A stretch of DNA of 64,000 nucleotides, from positions 1 through 64,000 of the forward strand of contig JAAILG010001416.1 of assembly GCA_012026655.1 (NCBI GenBank), read 5' to 3'. The position numbers and the translations under genes were made by a program. The notes beneath the pieces are model-generated. The model saw only the letters and a list, made by a program, of their open reading frames with translations, was not told where the DNA came from and ran no database searches. Positions within the stretch are counted from its first letter, which is position 1; every line of letters begins with the position of its first letter. Positions 40,070 through 51,900 of this stretch are shown here, one piece after another. Source of the stretch: Hydrolagus affinis (lineage: Eukaryota).

Positions 40070-40330
40070 CAGGTGCTTTGGAGGATTTTACTGTAAAATG
40101 TAGGGACTTTCTATTTGAAGACAAATGGGACAGCCAATTTGCACATGGCAATGCCCAGCACACAGCCATGAAGTGTATAACCAGTTTTATCTTGGGAATT
40201 GGTGGCCAAGACCCTGAGAGAAACTGCCTTCTGTTTACAACTAGTCACATGGAATCTTTAACGTACACCTGAACAGGTGGACGGACCTGAGGTTTTGTCT
40301 CCTCCAAAAGACGACATCTGCGACAAAGCA
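40070..40330 (-). mobile_element. DeuSINE fragment
   Basis: catggaatctttaacgtacacctgaacagg is the reverse of the Deu-domain motif. Confidence 0.6.
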
Positions 40331-40716
40331 GCACAATTCAATTGCTTTCTTCCCCCGACCCTTTGGTTCTCTTGTAGAAGAGAGGGATGGAGCGATACAG
40401 CATGTTATCTTATCACATTGAAACATCTCAAAATGCTTTATAGTAATTACTGTCAAGTATATAGTCCGTTGACGTAGCCAATAGGTTCTTGCACTCAACT
40501 TATCTCCAAAGGAAATGGCCGTTGGTGTCCTGCACTGGACTGTTATCAATTCGAACTGCTAGAAACTTGATTCCAACACTTTTGCACATTGATCTGATAA
40601 GCTTCATTCTAGAAATGTAATTTTGCTGTTGTTGTTCATTATCCCTCCTAAATTGAACAAAGTTGATTTTGTAAGAGATTCTTCAAATGAAAGAAACTAG
40701 GGATGCACCTATCATC

Positions 40717-41080
40717 TAATAATAATCCTTGCATTTGATTACATGATAATTTCTGATTGCGCCTTATCACATCATCCAGATATCTGAAAGCGCTTCTCAG
40801 CATATACTGTAAAGTGAAGTGACTATATATTTTGTGGGCAAAACGGGGCGGGTACAAACAGTTGTGGATTGAGTGACCAAATTATTATTTTTATTTTGAA
40901 GGGATTATTACTCCTAAAAAAAAAAGCGATCTACCGATCGACTAACAACCAAGTTGCTACTTAACTGATAGGAGGCGTGTTGTGTGAGGAATTTGCCCAA
41001 CATTTCGCCCTGCCAGTAATCAAATGCAGGTCCTACAGCTTGCAAGACGAGTGCTCTAACCAATATGCTACAGGAATCCA
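40717..41080 (-). mobile_element. Full-length tRNA-headed SINE
   Basis: Tail taataataatccttgcatttga and head ...gtgctctaaccaatatgctacaggaatcca. Confidence 0.8.
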
Positions 41081-41234
41081 CAAACATTGATGTAAAACCT
41101 TTGAAATTTATTTATTATCGTCTAATTATCAGATAGCAGATAATTCATGGAAGATGAAAACTATTACAAAAATACTGTGCAGATCTGGAAGCACAAATGT
41201 AATCATTGGTTTGGTTCTTACTTGTCCTTTGGAA

Positions 41235-41540
41235 ACTTTAAAGATCCTACAACACTTCTTCAAAAGAGGAGTGAGTTTTTTGTGGTGTCCTGGCCAACAA
41301 TACCTAGATTAAAGAAAAATTAGTCATTAATTTGATGCTGTTTGTGATACACAAATTGGTTGCTGCATTTGCCTACAAATACAGTCATTAAATGAAAAAC
41401 TCTTGGATGCAATTTGAGACATTTTATAAGAATAATAATCCTTGCATTTCATAAAGAGCCTTATCATGTCTTCAAGACGTCTCAAATCGCTTCACAGAAT
41501 ATACTGTAAAGTGAATTGACTGTATATTTTGTGGGTGATT
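41235..41540. mobile_element. Deu fragment (+) joined tail-to-tail to a SINE tail (-)
   Basis: tttaaagatcctacaacac...ggtgtcctggccaaca, then aataataatccttgcattt...gtaaagtgaattgactg. Confidence 0.65.
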
Positions 41541-41849
41541 TCAGATATTTCGACACAATATTAAGTGCTCTGAGACATTGCCCGACGTGGAGGGCGCTTA
41601 TATAAATGCAAGTTATTATTGTATATCTAATAAATATTAATATTTATAAATGTAAAGCATTTCTTGGAAAATTGTGTTAAACTGTACTGTATCAATAAGG
41701 CTGAGCGACTAGTAAGTGATGGTCTAAATTTGGCAATGAAAATCTTTTTGGTCATTGCATTATAGGACTAGCTCTGCCACTGAATCTTAGATATGATGTG
41801 CAGAAAGGTTGTGGTAATTGAAATAAGGTGGCAACATATTCTGTCCTAA

Positions 41850-42440
41850 GTTACCTTTAAGCAGTCACATTTGATGCTCCTTAATTACAGCACATTTTTT
41901 CTTTCCAGGTTCTTTTCCACCTCAGCAATCAAGACAATACATTTGCTTACCGTGCTGCTCCTCTAAGTGTTCTTTTGCATGTAAATTAATCTTGATTCAG
42001 TTTACACTGTCATGCTGAGTGGTACAAATTGCCTATAACAATAAAACAGCACGAGTAAAAGGCAGATTGAATGTGCGCCTCACTTGATAGGATGTTACTG
42101 CGCTTTATGCCAATACATTAGCTGAAGATAATGAATCTTCTGTTCTGAAAAGCATGGTATAGTTGATTTTTAATTTTACTTCAATGGAGCAGTACCTTGT
42201 CTTTTAAAGAGCAAGTTAGGCAAACCATTAATGACAAGAGCGTTAAGGTTAAATATGAAGCAATGCATTCACTTGTCTTGAATGCTATCCATCTTTCCAT
42301 TTACAGCAGGTTGACAAAAGTACAGGCTTTGTGCAACATTTCCTTTAATTACAAGCTGAGGGAGCAGGCTTTTAACATAAACAGTTATATTAATTTATTC
42401 TGCATTTGCTCTTGAATCGAGGTTGATGGAGATGGTGTAT
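41850..42440. promoter_or_regulatory. Putative conserved non-coding element or enhancer
   Basis: Repeat-free block with repeated TTAATTAC, ATGTAAAT-type and TGACA motifs. Inference only. Confidence 0.4.
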
Positions 42441-43630
42441 GTGAGTGCATGCTTTTGCAACTATCTTGCGCCAATTTGTCTGCAACTGGGAGTTGTCTTG
42501 GCCAAAAGCGGCTTACAAACCTGGGGTTAAAAACTGGCTTGTCAAATGGTGGTGTTTATAGACTTATTCAGGTGCTATTTTTACTGTTCAGGTCAGTGAA
42601 GTAAATATCTTCCATTTTTGCTACTTTGTGTTTGCTTCGTAAACTGTGAATCCAGCAGCCTTGGCTATTACCTGAACATTTTGTAAAGTACAGTACAAAT
42701 TGTAGTTCAAATATATTTTAACTGTTTGTTTGGGTAGAGGTATGTGGAAATTGAAAATCTGCTGGCCCTCTTTTAACATTTGTTTGTTTAACATTTGTAA
42801 AGTACAGAACTGGCAGTTTATTTGTGACTTGAGCGTCTCAAAACACTTCAAGAAAGATGGGAATCGTCAAGCAGAGAGGAAAGGGGGTGGTTGAAGGGTG
42901 TTGACCAAAGTCACGGTCAAAGCGATGCATTTTAAGAGGATTTTGAAGACAATTCCTTTGGGTGAAAGAACCTGTGGCTGGTACAGCAAACAATACAATA
43001 ATTCTGAACTAGCTGGGACTGAGCTGTTTGGTTCTCAAATCGTTCTCTCTTTCACAAAAGTAAATGCAGGTTCTTGTGTGTCCATGGACATTTGAGCTAA
43101 TTGTCGTGACTGCTGCTTGTATAGACTATCATGCTTTCGGAAATGTTAATACTCCATGGTTGTAAAATCCTAAATGTAGCAGCTTAAATTTTTCGTGGCT
43201 TTAAAATCATTTTGAAAACTTAAGATCATGAGGCTCTTAGGCTTTAGTTTCTCTGCATATAATAATTTGCTAACAACTGCCCTTCCAGTTTTTATAATCC
43301 TCTCTCCATTACCCCTTTATCCCCTTCTCCCTCATGCATACATTTCTTCTTCAATACATTGATGCTTTTTAGCTTCACTTACAGATTCCAGTTAGATCCC
43401 TATTCTCGGCACCCTCTGCCTAAAGACATTCCTCCTAATTTCCCTATTAGATCTATTATATTTATGCCCTCTTATTTTGAATTGACAACAAGTGGAAACG
43501 GCCTACCAACATGCAGTTCATTGATTCCATTTAAAATCTTAAACATCTTAAAATCATGATTGTAATTACATTGAAGAGATTTATCATTTTTGAACAGCTT
43601 CTTGCAATTGTCATGTTAAGTCTTGAGTTT

Positions 43631-43692
43631 TGTGTGTGTGTATATATATATAAAAATATATACACACACACATATATATATATATATACATA
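43631..43692. repeat. Compound (TG)/(TA)/(CA) microsatellite, quasi-palindromic
   Basis: tgtgtgtgtgtatatatata...tatatacacacacacatatatatatatatataca. Confidence 0.85.
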
Positions 43693-45215
43693 CAATAGTT
43701 CCATGTGGACTTTGGAGGGGCTGAGTGATGTACAGTATAAACTGGGAGCAGAGAGACTTGCTTGATAGAAAAAGGTGATTAATGACAACTCGGGTTGCAG
43801 TGTCTCTATGGGCATTCTAATGTGTTTTCCTGGATTCTGGGTGGATATACACACATTTATCTTTACATTTGAACAGCAATAATTAAAATCTTCCAGAATT
43901 ATTAGCTTGTTGATTGACTTTTGTCACCCCTTGCTGGAATGCAGTTACAACATCTCCTTCCAACCCAAAATGCACAACCTGGTTTTACAAAAAATGGTTG
44001 TCATTATCATCTCTAAATAAACAATGACCTTTCTATTTTATCTTAAATGGGTAATGGACTCAAAAAAAATAACGTTTAGTACACAATTGCCATATTATCA
44101 TGAACGTTTAATAAGGATATTAGCCGAGTTGTATTCCAATTTATTCAATTGTCACTGTTAATTATTATGTTCTGACAATTGATTGACGTATTCCATAATT
44201 TTTCATTTAATTTTTTAAGACAATTCAAGCTATTGTATATTAGAGTATTGAATATAGATAGCTGTGCTGCTCAATGCAGTGTCTTATTTAATTATATCAT
44301 GTCTTATCTCAAAAATATGCTAGCTATTATAATTATATATAATCATATATAATGTTTTAATTATATAATGTCTTATCTCAGAGATGTGATATATCAAATG
44401 CAAGGATTATTATAATTTATTATAATGGTAGAGCCAAAGCAAATAAATTTGGGTATCAAGGTAATGTCTGACATGATTCATAGCACGCTTGTTTTCCGCC
44501 CGATGGAATAAGTCACAGCTTCAAGATATCTCCCAGCCCAACGATTCCTTACATCCACAGCCACTAGTCACCTCTCAGCCCAACTGCCTGGTCCCTTATC
44601 ATGTTTATATGGTGAGAGTAGTATAGCTCCTTGCCTTGTTGTGGCTCTATCTTGAGAGGTTTTAAGCTTCAGTTGGACTAAAACTTTTAGTTCTGTAACT
44701 TTTTGACAAAGTGAGTAGCACTTAAGCCTTGCTGTCTGGTTAATTTAGTCCTGATTTCCCAGTTTGAAGATTTTCGTGAAGGAGAAATGTTCTTGATACT
44801 GTATTATAGTAATTATGTACTGGAATGTTATGAATTTGTTGCCTACAAAATGCTGCAGTCATTGAATGTTACAGTGTATTCTGTGAAGTACGTTGAGAAC
44901 ATCCTCCAGATGTGAAAGGTGCTATATCAAATGTAAGAGTGATTTATTATTATATTTGCCTTTTCTACCTGAGAAGAAAATGTATCAAAGAAAATATGGC
45001 AACAGATTGATCTTGTTTGTAAATTATAAAAGTACTTTTTAAAATGGGTGCTTGTTTTTACATCTCTGAGATAATTTCACATAAGTTTTTATAATGCTAT
45101 TAGATAGAATTAAAGGAGAATAATTACCAAATTAGTAACATGATTCTGTGCATGAACAATTCTACTTGTTTTAAATTATGTGGGAATGCATCAAATTCTC
45201 TTTGTTATGTTATAC

Positions 45216-45315
45216 NNNNNNNNNNNNNNNNNNNNNNNNNNNNNNNNNNNNNNNNNNNNNNNNNNNNNNNNNNNNNNNNNNNNNNNNNNNNNNNNNNNNN
45301 NNNNNNNNNNNNNNN
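45216..45315. other. Assembly gap (100 N) abutting a young L2 LINE
   Basis: Run of N immediately 5' of L2 sequence. Confidence 1.
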
Positions 45316-45609
45316 CCGTCCCACCATCGGAGGCCGGGCCTTCAGTTTCTCTGCTCCCACCCTATGGAATTCTATCCCCCAATCCCTCCGTCTCGTTTCT
45401 TCCCTTTCCTCTTTCAAGGCCGGTTTGAAGACTTTCCTCTTCGACCGTGCCTTTTGTTCCACCCCGAATTCTTCGACCTCCCCTTCATGTTTCACCCCTG
45501 CCCAAACACTCCCCTCCCAGCTCGGGTCACGCGCCTCCTGTGCAGCGCCTTGGGACGTCCTCCCGACGTGAAAGGCGCTCTATAAATGTAATTTGTTGTT
45601 GTTGTTGTT
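45316..45609 (+). mobile_element. Young L2 LINE 3' end, ORF2 end intact
   Basis: RPTIGGRAFSFSAPTLWNSIPQSLRLVSSLSSFKAGLKTFLFDRAF and a (gtt)n tail. Near-identical to 1-214. Confidence 0.9.
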
Positions 45610-45826
45610 TCTTGACTGCATCTACCAGGCCTTGAAGTCTTTTCTGATATAAAAATAAATTGATGGGTTTACACTGGCTTAGCTTTTGCCTTTGCCCACA
45701 AAACACAGTCAATCCGCTTTGCAATATATCTTGTGAAATGCTTTGGGACGTCCTCCCAACATGAAAGGCACTCTACCAAATGGAAAGATTCTTATATATC
45801 TAAACCAGGAGCTTATCTATTTGCAG

Positions 45827-45965
45827 GAAAACTGACAGGAATGAATGAAAATTCCACAAGCATCACGTGCGCACCACAGAATTCCTCTCGGCAAGCAATC
45901 CTGCAGAAGCTAGTGAACGTCTCGAACCTTGGCGTTGTACCTTCGAGCCAAGATAACGTGCACAG
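45827..45965 (+). CDS. AP3B1: AP3B1 penultimate coding exon
   Basis: atttgcag| acceptor and |gtaact donor. (G)KLTGMNENSTSITCAPQNSSRQAILQKLVNVSNLGVVPSSQDNVH(R). 139 nt, phase 1 to 2. Confidence 0.97.
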
Positions 45966-46227
45966 GTAACTGGGCTTCTTATATTGGTGCATTGTATATG
46001 ATTTCAATATCATTTCTGAAAATCATAACTCTTTCCAGAATAATCTACTTGTCGGTTTAATCTACTCACTCTGGAACTCTTGTTTCGCAGTCACTCTGCC
46101 TCACCCCCTCTCTTCCTCCTTCACGTCCCAGTACCTGAGGGAATAGATAGAACTGGTAGGTTTTGCCCACAAACTATACAGGCAATTCACTTTATAGTAT
46201 ATTCTGTGAAGCACTTTGAGACGTCTC

Positions 46228-46447
46228 AACAACATAAGAACATAAGAATTAGGAGCAGGAGTAGGCCATTCGGCTCCTCAAGCCTGCCCCACCATTCAAT
46301 AAGATCATGGCTGATCTTCTAATCTAACTCCACCTGCCCGCCTTATTCCCATATCCCTTAATCCCTTTATCCACAAGAAATCTATCAATCTCAGTCTTGA
46401 ATATGTTCAAGGACTGAGCATCTACAGCCCTTTGGGGTAGAGAATTC
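46228..46447 (-). mobile_element. Young CR1 3' end inserted into a SINE tail
   Basis: The SINE tail is split: ...gcactttgagacgtct | insert | ggaagacatgaaaagcgctatatcaaatgcaag. Confidence 0.85.
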
Positions 46448-48944
46448 TGGAAGACATGAAAAGCGCTATATCAAATGCAAGTATTATTATTATTACCTGC
46501 CGGTGTCTGACCACATGAGCTCTTATATTTGATTACAATTGGGTATTAACACATTAACAAAATGGTATTTACCCTATGTTTATGTGCTGAGGCCCGCAAT
46601 TAAATAAATTCAATAATGTTGCAATTAATAAATTATGAAACATTATTAATTGTACGTTGTCTTAAAAATGGCTGAATAAATTGTCAGTTTGTATCATACA
46701 CTATAATAATAGCATAAGATTGTATAAAAGCCATAATGCTTCTCAGTTTATAATGTTGTATGATCATTGTTATACTGACTTTTATCCCAGTTATCATTTC
46801 TTAAACTTTCAATATGGATGTTATCACACACTAAATATGTGATGTCTGTCTTCAGGATATAAAACTGAAGAGAGATGTGGGATGTATTAGTGGATAGGTG
46901 GCTAAAACCATAGCACATTGTGCAATGGGATTAAAGAAAAAATTGGATTTTGAGTATATGGCTAAAAGGATACAGAACTGATATGATTATAGCTGAAATT
47001 AGCACCTCAGAATGGCCACAGTGGACAGGCTAAGGAAAAAAAGACTCAAGGAAGATCTTATTGAATTATTGAATGTCCAATTCAAAGTTCTAAAAAGCAT
47101 AGGTAAAATACACCCTTATAATATGTTTGTCATGGTTGAACAGACTGTATATGGAGGCAGATTGTCAGCAAATTCATGAGGGAATTAGATAGCTGTTTGG
47201 CAAAGAATTCAATTTGGGGATATGAGAGGTAAGGATTGTTAATTTTTAAAATTTATTCTTAACTTTGGGACCAACCAAATGAAGTGTAATGGTCTTTTCC
47301 AGTGTTCATTCCAATGTCTCTGTGATTTGTCTTCTGTCATGATCGTTTTAATTGACTCAAAGAATAAAATCATCCCAGTGTGCCTACTGTATGTTATTTT
47401 TAAAAGGACCCAAATGCATGGAAGTGCAGATGAGTGTTAAAACCTACTTGAGCATTGCATTTGAATAATATTGACATTATCTGTACCCCCTTGATTAGAC
47501 TAATGCCTTGTAATCACTCCTGGGTATCTATTAATCTCTCTTTGATCTACTGTTAAATTATCAGGTTTGGCATAGTTAGTATACATCACTGATATTTCTC
47601 ACAATTCAGAGGTAGCAAAAATATTGGTTTAGACACTTTGTTTCATTTTTGATCATGTTAAAACCATCATTTTAGTTATGATACATTGTAAGGTATTGTT
47701 TAAGCCACATCTGATGCTTTATTAAAAGCACTTGATTTTATTTTGGAATGACAGTGTTTATTTATTGGATTTTCCTCTCCGTTGAAATGTTTTGAGAAAT
47801 GTTATGCTAAGTAATTCTAAAATCTCTTCAGTTAAATACTGTAAATGTAAAAAAAAATCTGCTTTTTTTATCCCTAATTATCTGAATATTCAGCAAAGGC
47901 CATATTTGCATTTTTTTTAGTTTGTCTTCGCCCTAATGCCTCAGCAGTTTAAATCTGCCACAGCGCTGTCTTTAAGGCTTCATGGGCCGTGCTGCATTGC
48001 TGCTGTGCGGAGTATAAGTCCAGCAGCTGTTCTGGCGCTTACTGTGAAAGCCAAAAACTGCCTGTCAATTCACGTGGAAACTGCTGCAAATCTGAACAAT
48101 GGAAAGGTTAGACTACGACAAAACAAATCTCTCAGGTTAAGTCTGATAAGTGCCTCTCCTTAAACTCCCATCCAATTTTATTATGGCTTGATAAAGTGTA
48201 AGTCTATTGCAGCATGCCTAATGAGTTCGCACACTCCAACAATTAAGGAATTCTGGTCAGAGAGCTCATTTTAGAATTCCTGCTTGATTTCCTGTATCCG
48301 GACAGTTTAATCCTTAATATTCTGCACGAGAAGCCTCACGTCACGTAAGAGATAGAACCTATGAGTTGGGGATAAATCCTAAGGGTTTGGTTGGAGTGAG
48401 GTGCACTCAAAATAAAAATGATGTAAGGTCTGTAATGCCAAAGGTCTTTTGTTTTGAGTGTAACTGAACTGTGGTTTAATTATCAGTCATGTATAGTCAA
48501 TCAATCAAACCTGTTTTTTTTTTTACACAACTCTAATAAAAATAGTTCTAATATACCAGGTCTTACATTTAATTCCTGCCAGTGACTGAGGATAACAACA
48601 GCAAATTGTTAACCTCATGCAGGGTTAAAAGCAATATAGTTTACATTGATATTAATAAAGTGGCTTTGAAGAAGGGTGAAGCTTCTAATTCGGAAATTGG
48701 GGTAATTACCACATCATTGTTTTTTGTATAGAATGTGGAAGTGCTATAAAAAGGTAAAGTGGTTGGAAGTTGTAGGTGATCTTAGATTAATTGGCCAACG
48801 TGTACTTATATTGTGGTGAACTTTGAAAATTGTGATTGATAATACCATGACTGCCTGCCTGCTAATAGGTATTAGTCTTGAACTCTGAAAAACACAGAAA
48901 TTCCATTACATTAGTAAAACCTGGTCATGCTGTTAGCGTCTGAA

Positions 48945-48956
48945 CCACTAGGGGGC
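48945..48956 (+). promoter_or_regulatory. CTCF binding motif
   Basis: CCACTAGGGGGC matches the CTCF core CCAC(C/T)AG(A/G)(G/T)GGC and lies in unique AT-rich DNA. Confidence 0.6.
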
Positions 48957-51900
48957 AACACTACTTCTGTTTCTGCTGAGGGTTTTAGATTTTTAGAATT
49001 TAATTCTGTAGCAACACTGGTTTTGAAATTTATACCAGTTTTGTTCTTGTAAATGTAGTACAACTGTTCTACATTTTCCCAGGTCTAAATCATTATTTTG
49101 TAAATGGATGATATATGAATGTTTGTGTTGATGTAAATGAATAGCAACTGATTTAGTAAGAAATACAACTGAACAATTTTTTAAAAATCTTCTAAAAATC
49201 CATTCAATTGGAAATATTGACGTGTTGGTATTGTGTAAATTCATTGCAAATGAAAACACACCAATAAATGCAACTGGATGTTTTCGATAACAGGCATGGA
49301 ATTTAAGAAATGCAGATTTGGGAAACTTTGTTGGCGTATGAAGTTTGTGTAATATAGTGCTATCGTTGTTGCAAAACATAATTTGTTTGAACTAATTCTG
49401 CTCATTCCAAATTATAAGACTTCACAGCCAGCCCTATATTTGATGTTTGTATAAATGTTTTAAATCATGACATTTCTCAGCAGGTCTGGGGTAAGTTTGT
49501 TCCAGCTCTACTTAATTCTGTTGCAGACAGCACAGCCCCTTCATTACTCTGGGCTCCCTCTTTCATAAAGCTGCTCTTGTCTTGCCTGCAGCCTTTGTGT
49601 GGTTTCATTCAACATTTGTCAACTTTGGGCTAATTATTTTTGTACAACTAGGGCAGGGCAATGCATCCTGCGATCGTCTTTCTTGCTAATAGGATTGTGT
49701 CTGCTTCAGCAGTCGGTAATTGAAGGATTCATGTAAAAAAAAGTGTTGCCCGAGTAGATCATTGCCACAGCTGTTCATAGCCAACAAATAGTGCAGCGAG
49801 GGCATAGATTCACAGACAGGAGATGCTATAAACAAAATTCTTAATGTCCTTTAATGTATATTTCAGAATCTAAAAGACTCAGAAATGAATGGCTAGTTGG
49901 ACTGTAAAAAGGCTGTTTTTTAAATGATATTAGTAGAAACCCTGTGCTTTAAAGGATAACTGTTAATAAAATTTGTGCAAGAAAATATTACAGTTGGCAA
50001 GTAGTCGTATTTAATATAAAACACCAGTTCAGGTTTAGCATTGCACATAGATTTGTCAAACATGAATATGATATCTTGAGTGTTACGAAGTGAACTGTCC
50101 ACCTTTTGATGGGATAAAGCAGTTTTGTCAGTTTTTATAAATGCTGTGTTTATGGCTGCAAGTCTGATTCACTTGATGGAGCTTTACATCTTACACACTG
50201 CACCAGCATAAAGGAGGACAATATTTAACCACTTTATATACAAAAGAAGATACTAAGCATAACTTGAGAAATATAGCTATTCTGTTTTTATGTGGCTTCT
50301 AGTGGTCTGTGTATTTCTCAGAGAGGGGAAGGTAATAAAATGTTAGACTGCCAAACCATCAGGTCACCAGTTCACATCTCAGCTTTGACTGACATTCACT
50401 TGCTTGTGCTCATTGAATGAGGTTTGCCTGTTCTCAGCTGGCTTGCTGGATGAGGCACTGCACAGCATGCCCTAAAAGCTGATCTTATGTATAGGGAGAC
50501 CAGACTGTCTCAACTCCCCAACTGAAGGCAGGGATGGGGGTGAAGGGAAGGAAATGAAAGCAATGGGAGACCTTAAATGAAGGAAAAGCAGCAAAGATGT
50601 ATCTTGATCATAAATTCTCAATGTTTGCAGTTTATCCTATTCTATCATCCTGGTTTTGACATTGAGCATTTGAAGCTTAAGTCATGGCCTTGTACGTCAA
50701 TAAGAATCTTGAAGTGGAGACTTTGATAGATTACTTTCAAACTGTGTAATTACTGTAAAAGTAAAGGCATGAGTGATGTGAGTGAGCAACAACAGTTCAA
50801 AATGAAGTGCCTTGGACAAAATAAAAATTTAGACATTGGGTAATAGGATAATATGAGTACTGACTGAAAAGTATATATTACTGTTCCTTGATTTTTTTTA
50901 TTGATAAGTTTTTTTAAATATAAATTGATAGCTTGTGCACATATGGTATTTCAAAACATTGAAATGTGATCCTTTGTGCCTAAATCATCAAAGCAAATTG
51001 ATATACAAACAGTTCAATAATGTTCATTCTTGCATTTTGGTAAAGTGCCTTCTCACATCATCAAGTAATGTTAAACTTCATCGCGCATTTTTGCATTTGA
51101 AGTGATTGTATATTTGTAGGGTTAAAAATGGGTTACCGTTTATCCAGACCGGCATTTTCTTTTAAACTATTAATGTAACTTACACAATGAACTAGTCTGA
51201 GATGTTATCCTGTGTGAACAACACTTTATAAATGCAAGTAAAATAGATGTTTTGCTTATCTAAAAATAGAGACTCACTCAGTGCTTTACCATAATTATCG
51301 TTTGCAGCTAACATTAGTTTTTTCTAAGTTTAAAAAAATAGTGTTGTATTCAAACGCAATGTGTGGGTGAGTTGCAAGTTTCAAATTAAGGTAGATTTGA
51401 AGTCCAGTAAAATAAATGTGTTACAGTGAGCACATTTTGTTTATTGGGTGAGCTGGTCCAATGGTTCAAATTTTTTTTTAAAAGTCCAGAAATGGATTGA
51501 TGATGGATCAGAACTAATAATAATCCTTGCATTTGATGTAGCGCCTTATCACATCTTTCAGACGTCTCAAAGCGCATCACAGAATATACTGCAAAGTGAA
51601 TTGACTATGTTTTATGGGCAAAATAATTGTAAAATGCCCTGATCACTCGACTTCACCTTGTCACCAGCGAAACTGGTATGAGTCGAGCCTCAGGGCCATA
51701 ACCCACAAATCATTAAACTTGAATCTGTTTTTCTTAGTTGATATCACATTGTGTTGTTCTTGCGGTGGGGAAAGCATGGCTCCGGGCTGTAATGTGAATA
51801 ACTCTTAATTGAATAAAAAAGATGAGCATTATTGACAGTCATCCTCCCAGCTGGCACACTGATTTCTGCTGGATTTTAGCTTGTTCAGGAGATAAAATAA

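Noticed and set aside
45140-45585. ORFs spanning N runs (also 15460-15690)
   Set aside because: Artefacts of translating through assembly gaps.
50300-50580. Faint resemblance to the LF-SINE head
   Set aside because: Similarity is limited to a generic degenerate tRNA-like head; I could not find the LF-SINE body motifs.
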